Below are positions 37,095 through 44,982 of a stretch of 64,000 nucleotides of DNA, piece by piece (position 1 is the stretch's first letter; the number at the start of each line of letters is the position of its first letter). The stretch is taken from the NCBI GenBank assembly GCA_965227305.1, contig OZ245740.1, positions 9,302,512 to 9,366,511 on the forward strand. The letters are read 5' to 3'. A program made the position numbers and the translations under genes. Below the pieces are notes generated by a model. That model was not told where the DNA came from, searched no databases, and saw nothing but the letters and a program-made list of their open reading frames with translations. Source of the DNA: Limisphaerales bacterium (lineage in GTDB: Bacteria > Verrucomicrobiota > Verrucomicrobiia > Limisphaerales > AAA164-E04).

Positions 37095-37339
37095 CAGCTA
37101 TCACCTCCTGTCCCATCGCTGCCGATGGCTTCTACGGGGCATCCGTCCAGGGCCTCTTGGCACAAAGCGGTTTCCTCTTCGTTCTCGGGTTGTTTGTAGA
37201 CGTAGCTGTAGCCGCCGTCTTCAAAGCGGGTGAAATTGTCCGGCGCCGTCTCACGGCAGAGGTCGCAGTCGATGCACTGGTCATCAACGTAAAACGTTCC
37301 TGCGGTGTTCTCGGGGTAGCGGTTGTCAATTTCAGCCAT
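37094..37339 (-). CDS. small ferredoxin
   Basis: 81 aa. CIDCDLCRETAP plus a distal CP (LDGCPVEAI), typical of single-cluster bacterial ferredoxins. Confidence 0.7.
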   Translation of the reverse strand: MAEIDNRYPENTAGTFYVDDQCIDCDLCRETAPDNFTRFEDGGYSYVYKQPENEEETALCQEALDGCPVEAIGSDGTGGDS

Positions 37340-37360
37340 GATGGTTTGCCTTGGAGTTGA

Positions 37361-37404
37361 ACTTAAATAAGTTTTGACTTATGTAAGTTTTAACTTATTT
37401 AAGT
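37361..37404. promoter_or_regulatory. array of three 12-bp palindromic operator-like boxes (ACTTA-nn-TAAGT)
   Basis: ACTTAAATAAGT (37361-37372), ACTTATGTAAGT (37377-37388) and ACTTATTTAAGT (37393-37404) sit at a 16-bp period. They fill 44 of the 101 bp between the divergent ferredoxin and HTH-regulator start codons. Confidence 0.65.
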
Positions 37405-37440
37405 TGCAAAGCAAGAGCGATTCGCAAAGTTTTTCTATCC

Positions 37441-38097
37441 ATGCCAGAAAAAAACCAACAAGAGGCTACCGAGCTGGGCGCAGGTCCGAAGCGGGTCATG
37501 CAGCTACTCAAGCAGCTGGGCCCGTCCACTGCGGAGTCGCTGGCTGAGCCCTTGGCGGTAACCGGCACGGCCATTCGGCAGCATCTGTATACGTTACGAG
37601 ATCAGGGCTTGGTGGCGTCGCGGGATGAGCCACGGCCCATGGGGCGTCCTGCTAAGATTTGGGAACTGACCCAGGCGGCAGCCGTTCACTTTCCGCAGAA
37701 CGGTTCGCCCCTGGTGGAGAGCCTGCTCCGCTCGGCCCAAGAGGCTTTGGGAGCCACTCGGATGGAGGCTGCGATGTGTGGTTGTGTCGACGATCAAGTC
37801 GCGCGATATCGCAAGGGCTTGTCGGGCAAGCGCACCTTGTCAGCTCGACTGAAGGCGCTGGTAGCCATGCGCGATGCGGACGGGTACTTGGCGCAGTTGG
37901 AGCGTCAGGCCGATGGTTCCTTTGTGCTTTACGAAAACCATTGCCCGATTTCAGGTGCCGTGGCCAGTTGCGCGCAGCTGTGCGATGCGGAGCTCCTCAT
38001 CTTCCAGCAACTCTTCACCGGCGAGGCCGACGTCGAGCGGCTGGAGCATATGGGTGGGGGAGATCGGCGGTGTTCCTACCGGATCTCCTGCCGGTAA
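37441..38097 (+). CDS. winged-helix transcriptional regulator with Cys-rich C-terminal domain (ArsR/SufR-like)
   Basis: wHTH region (RVMQLLKQLGPSTAESLAEPLAVTGTAIRQHLYTLRDQGLV...GRPAKIW). C-terminal cysteines at CGC, HCPISGAVASCAQLC and RRCSYRISC. Confidence 0.7.
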   Translation: MPEKNQQEATELGAGPKRVMQLLKQLGPSTAESLAEPLAVTGTAIRQHLYTLRDQGLVASRDEPRPMGRPAKIWELTQAAAVHFPQNGSPLVESLLRSAQEALGATRMEAAMCGCVDDQVARYRKGLSGKRTLSARLKALVAMRDADGYLAQLERQADGSFVLYENHCPISGAVASCAQLCDAELLIFQQLFTGEADVERLEHMGGGDRRCSYRISCR

Positions 38098-38124
38098 ATC
38101 TGCAGGAGGGGCTCGTTCGGGCGC

Positions 38125-38571
38125 TTAGGCCTCGGGCGTGATTTTGAATAGCGTCTGCCCGAATTCAACGGGTTGGCCATTCTCGGTGACTGCTTCTTCG
38201 ATCGTGCCGCTCACTTCAGCTCGGATCTCGTTTGCGACGTTCATGGCTTTAATGATCCCGATGACGGTATCGGCTTCTACCTTTGAGCCGACTTCAACCA
38301 AGGGGGGAGACTCAGGAGAGCGTTGGGTGTAGAACGTGCCGACCATTTGAGATTTGATTTCATCGATGGAGGGAGCCGCTGGCTCGGTCTCCGCAGCCGG
38401 TGCTGGAAGGGACGGCGGGGCCGTTTGGGTGGGCGAAACCGGGGCGGGAAGCGGAGCGATTTCGGGGCTGCGATGAATGCGAATCTTGAAGTCTTCCGTT
38501 TCCAGATGGAACTCGGTGACTGAGTTGCCTTCCAAGAGTTCGGCGATCGATTGGATGGTGTCGATGTCCAT
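38125..38571 (-). CDS. biotin carboxyl carrier protein (BCCP)-like protein with non-canonical KAMN in place of EAMK
   Basis: Colinear with E. coli AccB: MDI...I..L.E...V.E, a Pro/Ala linker, MVGTFY, and GQPVEFGQ.LF.I. At the biotinylation hairpin, however, it reads IIKAMNVANEI, encoded by AAA GCC ATG AAC at 38250-38239. Confidence 0.75.
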   Translation of the reverse strand: MDIDTIQSIAELLEGNSVTEFHLETEDFKIRIHRSPEIAPLPAPVSPTQTAPPSLPAPAAETEPAAPSIDEIKSQMVGTFYTQRSPESPPLVEVGSKVEADTVIGIIKAMNVANEIRAEVSGTIEEAVTENGQPVEFGQTLFKITPEA

Positions 38572-38631
38572 GTCTCTTAGGTCTTTCTACTCTCCCGGTT
38601 GAAAGCTGTAACGATCGTTGAATTCGCAATA

Positions 38632-40134
38632 CTACGTGGCGTCCGCGAGTTCCTTTTCGAAGTCGACCAGCTCTTTAATTTGGATCAGGAACCAGCGGTC
38701 GATTTTGGTGATCTCGAACACATCACCGACGCTCAATCCGGCGCGGAACGCGTGGCGGATGAAGTAAATGCGATCGGCATTGGGCGTTCCCAGTTTGGGG
38801 CGAATGATGTCGAGTGGGAGGATGTCTTGGTCCTCAAAGACTTGGTCGCCGACGCGCCATGTCTTGGTGTTGCCACCCAGGCCGTCGTATCCGTTTTCCA
38901 GCGAGCGCAGGCACTTCTGGAGCGATTCCTTAAACGTTCTCCCGATCGACATGGCCTCCCCGACGGATTTCATTTGGGTGGTCAGTGTGGAGTCCGCCTG
39001 AGGGAATTTCTCGAAGGCGAATCGGGGGATCTTGGTCACGACGTAGTCGATGGTCGGTTCGAAGCTGGAGGGCGTGACGCGGGTAATGTCGTTTTGGATT
39101 TCATCCAGATGATAGCCGACGGCCAATTTGGCGGCGATTCGGGCGATGGGAAATCCGGTCGCTTTGGACGCCAATGCCGAAGAGCGTGAAACACGAGGAT
39201 TCATTTCGATCACGATCATGCGGCCGGTATCCGGACAAACGCCGAACTGAATATTTGAGCCGCCGGTCTCAACGCCGATCTCGCGAATGATCGCGAAGGA
39301 GGCGTCACGCATGATTTGGTATTCTTTGTCGGAGAGGGTTTGGATCGGGGCCACCGTGATGGAATCACCCGTGTGGACGCCCATCGGGTCAAAGTTCTCG
39401 ATGGAACAGATAATCACGCAGTTGTCGGCCTTGTCCCGCATGACCTCCATCTCGTATTCCTTCCAGCCTAGGAGGGACTCTTCGATCAAGATTTCGGAAA
39501 CCGGGGAACGCTCCAGCCCGCGCTTGGCGATCACTTCGAACTCTTCACCATTGTAGGCGATTCCGCCGCCCGTCCCACCCAAGGTGTAGGCGGGGCGAAT
39601 GATGAGGGGAAACTTCCCGATCTTCGCCGCCCGTTCCTCGGCTTCTTCAAAGGTGTGGGCCGTGTAGCTTCTCGGGAGATCCATCCCGATCTTGATCATG
39701 GCGTCTTTAAACTCCTGCCGATCCTCACCTCGCTGGATTGCGTCGGGTTTGGCCCCGATGAGCTCAACGCCCAGTCGCTCCAATGAGCCGTCTCGATGCA
39801 TGGCCATGGCGGTGTTGAGGGCCGTTTGCCCCCCAAGGGTTGGCAGCAAAACGAGTTTGCCCTCGGCATTGCGCGCCTTCATCGCCGCGAGTTCTTTGAC
39901 GATGATTTTCTCGACGCATTCCGGCGTGATGGGCTCGATGTAGGTCCGGTCCGCGAACTCCGGATCGGTCATGATCGTGGCCGGATTGCTATTCACCAGG
40001 ATGACCCGAAACCCATCCTCTTGCAGCGCTCGGCACGCTTGAGTGCCGGAGTAGTCAAATTCGCAGGCTTGGCCAATCACAATCGGACCAGCACCAATGA
40101 TGAGGACGGAATCAATGTCAGTTCGCTTCGGCAT
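38632..40134 (-). CDS. carB: carbamoyl-phosphate synthase large subunit, N-terminal half only
   Basis: [58 protein letters not shown]... is colinear with E. coli CarB up to the oligomerisation domain ([19 protein letters not shown]). It then hits a clean stop at 500 aa, and the next ORF is unrelated to CarB. Confidence 0.85.
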   Translation of the reverse strand: MPKRTDIDSVLIIGAGPIVIGQACEFDYSGTQACRALQEDGFRVILVNSNPATIMTDPEFADRTYIEPITPECVEKIIVKELAAMKARNAEGKLVLLPTLGGQTALNTAMAMHRDGSLERLGVELIGAKPDAIQRGEDRQEFKDAMIKIGMDLPRSYTAHTFEEAEERAAKIGKFPLIIRPAYTLGGTGGGIAYNGEEFEVIAKRGLERSPVSEILIEESLLGWKEYEMEVMRDKADNCVIICSIENFDPMGVHTGDSITVAPIQTLSDKEYQIMRDASFAIIREIGVETGGSNIQFGVCPDTGRMIVIEMNPRVSRSSALASKATGFPIARIAAKLAVGYHLDEIQNDITRVTPSSFEPTIDYVVTKIPRFAFEKFPQADSTLTTQMKSVGEAMSIGRTFKESLQKCLRSLENGYDGLGGNTKTWRVGDQVFEDQDILPLDIIRPKLGTPNADRIYFIRHAFRAGLSVGDVFEITKIDRWFLIQIKELVDFEKELADAT

Positions 40135-40570
40135 AGAGTTTTTCTGTAATGAAATCGTGTTGGGTTACCCCCTCGGCAATTCTTTTTGGCCAATTTTGGC
40201 TTGTAAAGGCCGACAAAATAGATCCGTTCGCAACCGACGACAGTGAACGGGCTGGCCGTCGCAAGGGGGCACCTGCGCTGACTTCAGTGTGCGTTTGAGT
40301 CCGATGATTGCCAATCAATAATCCCGTTTTTTTGCCGGCCGACTCGCCCCCCCCGGATCGAGGATCCTCGTCTGCAAGATGCGAAAAACCAGGGAAAAAC
40401 TCGATTGAGTGATGAATCGGGTGGAGTCTAAATCATGATGTTTGAATTGCGAATAAGTTTTCGCATAATAAGCAGCTTACGATCGCTGTCAAACTGAAAG
40501 TGGGAAAGTACGAGTCGAGAGTGGGGTGGAAGCGGGGGCAGGGACTCCGTCGCCGCCGCTGCTCTCCGCT

Positions 40571-41986
40571 TCAATTGTTGGCTGGGGCGGCTTGAGGGAG
40601 GGATTCTTCGCGGGGTAGGGCGCGGACCCCAGCCGAGGTATCTTCAACCCAGGGTGTGTAATCAATCGAGAGGGCGGTTCGCTGAGTGTTTCCTCTCGTG
40701 TCTGCCTTGTCTGCGGCGGGGATTGCCAGTGAGACAATGTTTCGGTTTTCAAGCAGGTGGGCGTAGAGATTCCGGAGGTGAGGGGCCACTTTGAGTTCAT
40801 TGGGGCAGAGCGCGGAATGCTTGTCCTCTCCCCGGGCTGAGTAGCCGTAAACCACCAGGTCGTTTTTGAACATTCGGCCGAAGGATTCGAAAATGCCTCC
40901 ATTGAGGTCGGTGTAGTAATCCTCCTTAAAGAGCTCGGTGAGACTTTCGCTGCTCATGACGATGCCAACCATCTGATTCGTGGCCTTAAACAGGTAGTCG
41001 GCCAGGCGTAAGTGACGATAGTAATTCGTGATCAGAACGGGGTGACCGAGTTTTCTGAGTTGCTCGGCGCGGGCAAGGAAGTCTTGAGAGTCTCGCTTGG
41101 GACCGGAAGGAAGATTCTTCAGGTTCATTTCCAGCAGCACGACGGGCTCTTGACCTTTATTGCGGGGTTCGTGTTGGAATTGATTCGTGGCGGCATCCAA
41201 GCGGTCCAGTTGGAGTTTCGAAAAGGTTTGGAATGTCCCGCGCTTTACGAGAACGGGTTTCTTGTAGAGCATCTCGGTGGGCTGCACGACGTCTCCCGAA
41301 GCGGTGAACATGGCAGAGCGAGTGAGGCCAAACTCCACCAACTTCAAAGCAATGAGTCGCGAGTCGAGCTCTGGGAACGCCGGGCCGGACATGCGAATCA
41401 TGTCTATTTCCACTCGATCCAAGGTAAGCTCATCCATCAGTGACTGGAGGAATTCGTCCGGTCGGCTTGCGAGCTTTGTGGCCCCGAAAATGAGATTGAT
41501 ACCCAGGACGCCGACCGCGTCTTGTTGGCGGTTCACGTCATTGTCTTTGAGTCGGACGTGTATGATCACGTCCGAGGGATCCGCCGCCGGTTCATGTTGG
41601 AATCGAATGCCCATCCAACCGTGCCCGTCTGCATCCCGCTTGAAACTGCGCGTGGCTACGGTGTTGGCGTAGGCGAAGAATCGGCTATCGATGTCTCTTT
41701 GGGTTTGCAGGCGCTGGATTAGGAGTTCGAATTCTCGATCCAGCATGGTGGTGAGTCGTTGCTGGCTGACGTAGCGGGGCGTTGGACCGTAGATGGCGTC
41801 GCTGACATCCATGTCATAGGCTGACATGGTTTTGGCGATCGTACCCGCCGCTCCGCCGACGCGGAAGAACCACCGGGCCGCTTCTTGCCCTGCGCCAATC
41901 TCGGCCAGTGTGCCGTAAACCGTGTTGTCGAGATTCAGTTGAAAGGCTTTTTGGGACGTATCGATTCGAGGTGGATGGAGCGTCAT
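40571..41986 (-). CDS. conserved hypothetical cytoplasmic protein
   Basis: 471-aa ORF, 66 bp downstream of and co-oriented with the TolC-like gene. It has no signal peptide or TM. The block GTLAEIGAGQEAARWFFRVGGAAGTIAKTMSAYDM looks conserved, but I cannot name the family. Confidence 0.6.
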   Translation of the reverse strand: MTLHPPRIDTSQKAFQLNLDNTVYGTLAEIGAGQEAARWFFRVGGAAGTIAKTMSAYDMDVSDAIYGPTPRYVSQQRLTTMLDREFELLIQRLQTQRDIDSRFFAYANTVATRSFKRDADGHGWMGIRFQHEPAADPSDVIIHVRLKDNDVNRQQDAVGVLGINLIFGATKLASRPDEFLQSLMDELTLDRVEIDMIRMSGPAFPELDSRLIALKLVEFGLTRSAMFTASGDVVQPTEMLYKKPVLVKRGTFQTFSKLQLDRLDAATNQFQHEPRNKGQEPVVLLEMNLKNLPSGPKRDSQDFLARAEQLRKLGHPVLITNYYRHLRLADYLFKATNQMVGIVMSSESLTELFKEDYYTDLNGGIFESFGRMFKNDLVVYGYSARGEDKHSALCPNELKVAPHLRNLYAHLLENRNIVSLAIPAADKADTRGNTQRTALSIDYTPWVEDTSAGVRALPREESLPQAAPANN

Positions 41987-42052
41987 GGTTTAGTAAGCGA
42001 TGGGGTGGATTACGTAAGGGTCCGGTTGCGACGAGGAGAGGCCTCAGTCGAT

Positions 42053-43597
42053 TTATGGCGATCTCATGCTGAACGAACGTGGGTTTAGGTTGTGGATGAT
42101 CTCGATCGGATGGGCGTCTGCTTCTTCGATGAGCCTGCGGCAGTCAATGCCGGTGGCGACCATGAGACTCGCGACGGCTACGTAGTAGTCGCGGAGGACA
42201 TCGATCTCCGTTAGGCGTGCTTGGAAGGCGCTCTGTTCTCGAAGTTGTAGGGTCAGAAAATCGACGGCGCCTAGGGCGAATCGGTCGCGTTCGACGTCGT
42301 GGAGTTGGGTTGCCAGGCTTACGTTGGTGCGCGCTTGTTCGATTTGTTCCCAGGCGGCTCGGACCGCCGAGTGCGCGTCCCAGACATCCGTGGCGATTTG
42401 GTCCATGGCCAGTTGGGCGTCCAGCTGCAGTTGGTCGATCTTAGCTTGATTAACTTGGAGTTTCCCTTTGGCCGCCCGGCGTTGGAGGGGCATTTTGAAT
42501 TCGAATCCAAATTCGACTTCGAACTCATTGGTGTCTTTGTAGAGCTGATCGCCGAGGCTTTGGCCAGCCGATACGTAAGCATTTAAGTAGGGTTGGAGCT
42601 GGTTCTTGAAGAGTCGCGTGTCGATGTCGAGTTGCTCAAGCTTCAACTCAAAGAGGCGAACTTCCGGACGCTCTGACGCAGCGTATTGGAGGGCCGGACT
42701 TAAGGTTTCCTGGGGAAGCGGTTCGGGTGTCGGAAAGGCCGGAGGCAATTGCCGTTCGGAAGGTAGGACCGGATTGCTGTCCCCGTCGCGGTAAAACAAG
42801 GATAGCGCAGCCGTGGCGGCCTGGAGTTGGCGCCGGGCTTTGGTGGTGGAGAGTTCGCGGCTCACGACCAGCTGCTGGTTCTCTAGGGCAGCGATGGGGG
42901 CCATGAGGCCTTGGGTGATTTGGGTTTGAATTGCTTCGTTGCGTTCTTTGGCGACATTGAGGAGCGACTCGGTGATCGCGAGCTTGCGACCGGCGGCCAA
43001 CCAATGGAAGTAGGTCCGCATGGCACCCAAGGAGAGATTGAGATGCTGGTTTTGGATGTAGGGATCGGCGAGTTCCTGGTCGATATTGGCGCGATAGATC
43101 GCAGCGCGGCGGGGATCTATCGCGCCGTCCCGCAACAGGGGGACGCGGAGGCCGATGGTGGGGGTGCCACCGCCGTTGGTGCGGCGGCTCCGATAGTAGT
43201 CGGGCAAGAAACCTTCGGTGTAGCGATAGTTGCCGTAGATTGTGACCCCGCGCAGGTTGGTAAACTGCTCGAAGCCGGCTTCGGCGGTGGTGCTCTCGTA
43301 GAATCCGGCGGGAGACTGGAAAAGCTTGAGATACGTTTGCAGATCCATCGCACCTAGGGCATGACGAACGGTGCCGCGGGCGATGTCTCGCTCGACCAAG
43401 ACCGAGAGGTAGGGCGGATAGTATTCGGTTACGGATTTTAAGACCGTGTTGAGACTCAGGGTTTCAGACGCCCGTTCTTGAGCGGTGCCGACCGTTGACA
43501 GAGCGAGGAGAAAGCCGAAGAGAAGCCAGCCTCCGGCCCGAAGCCAGGCGCGCGGTGCCTTACAGAATATACGGTCGTTTTTGAGCATGGCTTTCAT
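42053..43597 (-). CDS. TolC-family outer-membrane channel protein
   Basis: The ATG at 43597 (MKAMLKND...; signal WLLFGFLLALSTVGTAQE) overlaps the HlyD-like stop (ATGA). It shows the two-fold repeated helical/beta architecture typical of outer-membrane efflux proteins. Confidence 0.75.
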   Translation of the reverse strand: MKAMLKNDRIFCKAPRAWLRAGGWLLFGFLLALSTVGTAQERASETLSLNTVLKSVTEYYPPYLSVLVERDIARGTVRHALGAMDLQTYLKLFQSPAGFYESTTAEAGFEQFTNLRGVTIYGNYRYTEGFLPDYYRSRRTNGGGTPTIGLRVPLLRDGAIDPRRAAIYRANIDQELADPYIQNQHLNLSLGAMRTYFHWLAAGRKLAITESLLNVAKERNEAIQTQITQGLMAPIAALENQQLVVSRELSTTKARRQLQAATAALSLFYRDGDSNPVLPSERQLPPAFPTPEPLPQETLSPALQYAASERPEVRLFELKLEQLDIDTRLFKNQLQPYLNAYVSAGQSLGDQLYKDTNEFEVEFGFEFKMPLQRRAAKGKLQVNQAKIDQLQLDAQLAMDQIATDVWDAHSAVRAAWEQIEQARTNVSLATQLHDVERDRFALGAVDFLTLQLREQSAFQARLTEIDVLRDYYVAVASLMVATGIDCRRLIEEADAHPIEIIHNLNPRSFSMRSP

Positions 43598-44982
43598 TGT
43601 TTGTCGATCTGTTTGCCCATGGCACTGTCTCGGTCGACGGTGGGTGGGAAACCGTTCATTTGCCGCCACACTTCGAACCAGAGGGGGACGCGTTCCAGGA
43701 GTACCCAGCCTTGAACTTGGATGCCTTGGCGCATGATCGGCGGTGCGGGCCAGGTGATCTCGGTCACTTCGCCATCGTCACCAGTGATTTGATCCGGTAG
43801 GGCTGCGACTAACACGCGGAACATCCCGGCCCCGTTGTCGATCGCGTCGACAAAGATGATTTCCCCGCCGAAGGTTCCGACGGCTACGCTGGGCCAGCCG
43901 ACGAATTGAATCGCTGGCCAGCCTTCGAACTGGAGCCGCACCGGACTGCCGCGGCGAGTGATCGTGCCATCCTCAGCTACTTCGCGTTCTTGGATCAGGG
44001 GCATGTCATTGCCGTCGATCCAGAGCTCGGCCACGTATTCTTCCGTTTCAGGGATAATGGTGCATAGCGGGGAACCGGCCTTTAGAAAGGTGCCTTCCGT
44101 GGCTCGCAAACGGTAGACGATACCCGCTCGGGGGGCGGGAATGGTTTGCCTTCCGGTTTGGTTGAGCTTGATGGTGATGTCGCGCAGTTCTTTTTCCGCC
44201 TTGGCGAGATCACTTCGGGCTGATTCAACCGAGGCGCGGGCACTTTCCAGATTGGCCTCCAGGTCTAGGCGGGTCTTGGCGAGTGAGGCCTGAGCCTTTA
44301 GCGTTTCGGCCCGTTTGCTATTGCGTTGCATTCGGGCCAACTCCCAGTCGCGCTCCGATGCCAAGCCCCGGGGATCTTTATAGAGAGTTTTGATGCGATC
44401 GAATTGGAGGTCGGCCGCCTCTTCGGCAAAGCGGGCCGCTTCGATTTGCTGTTCGCCGATGCGTAAGGCTTCGGGGAGCGAGGTTTCGAGTTGAGTCACC
44501 CGGTTCTTCAGTCGCTCGTGGCGTTCCTTGGCCGCGTCGCGCTGGTTGGTCACATCTTCCTTTTGGTCCCGCAAGTTATTCAAGAGGTCTGGGTCATTAT
44601 CAGCGAGTCGTACCAGCATGTCGCCCATCTCGACGCGTTGCCCTTCGACGACGGCTACTTCGACGACGCGGCCGGGGAGGGGAGATTCCACCAACACGCT
44701 TCGTTCCATAGGATTGAAGGCCGTGACCTTGCCTTGTCCGGAAACAAATTGCTGCCAGGGAAGAAACAGAAGCGCCAGTAAGAGCAGCAGGAAGGCGGCG
44801 GTCAGGCAATAGTTCAGGCGTCGAAACGAGACAGGCAAGCGCGTTCGATCGATACACTGCAAATCGGCGCAGTGGTCGAAGAGCGGCATGGCCGTGCTGA
44901 ATCCGGTCGGTTCTTGAGCGGGAACTTTCCCGCTTTTGGGCGACGGGTTGGTTGCGGCGTCGGTTTGGCTAGGACGTGTCAT
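43594..44982 (-). CDS. HlyD-family membrane fusion (periplasmic adaptor) protein
   Basis: The ATG at 44982 overlaps the ABC gene stop by 1 nt. TM anchor LTAAFLLLLLALLFLPW, a lipoyl-like barrel (ESPLPGRVVEVAVVEGQRVEMGDMLVRL), and a long coiled coil. Confidence 0.8.
   Translation of the reverse strand: MTRPSQTDAATNPSPKSGKVPAQEPTGFSTAMPLFDHCADLQCIDRTRLPVSFRRLNYCLTAAFLLLLLALLFLPWQQFVSGQGKVTAFNPMERSVLVESPLPGRVVEVAVVEGQRVEMGDMLVRLADNDPDLLNNLRDQKEDVTNQRDAAKERHERLKNRVTQLETSLPEALRIGEQQIEAARFAEEAADLQFDRIKTLYKDPRGLASERDWELARMQRNSKRAETLKAQASLAKTRLDLEANLESARASVESARSDLAKAEKELRDITIKLNQTGRQTIPAPRAGIVYRLRATEGTFLKAGSPLCTIIPETEEYVAELWIDGNDMPLIQEREVAEDGTITRRGSPVRLQFEGWPAIQFVGWPSVAVGTFGGEIIFVDAIDNGAGMFRVLVAALPDQITGDDGEVTEITWPAPPIMRQGIQVQGWVLLERVPLWFEVWRQMNGFPPTVDRDSAMGKQIDKQ

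Noticed and set aside
38632-40134. Considered calling the half-length carB a pseudogene.
   Set aside because: The frame is intact with conserved motifs throughout and ends at a clean stop at a domain boundary. The downstream sequence is an unrelated intact gene rather than frameshifted carB. A split gene is therefore more likely, though the partner is not visible here.
40448-40465. The palindrome TGCGAATAAGTTTTCGCA upstream of carB resembles an ARG box (TnTGAATwwwwATTCAnw).
   Set aside because: It matches only partly by eye, is a single box, and lies ~315 bp upstream of the carB start. That is not enough to call an ArgR site.
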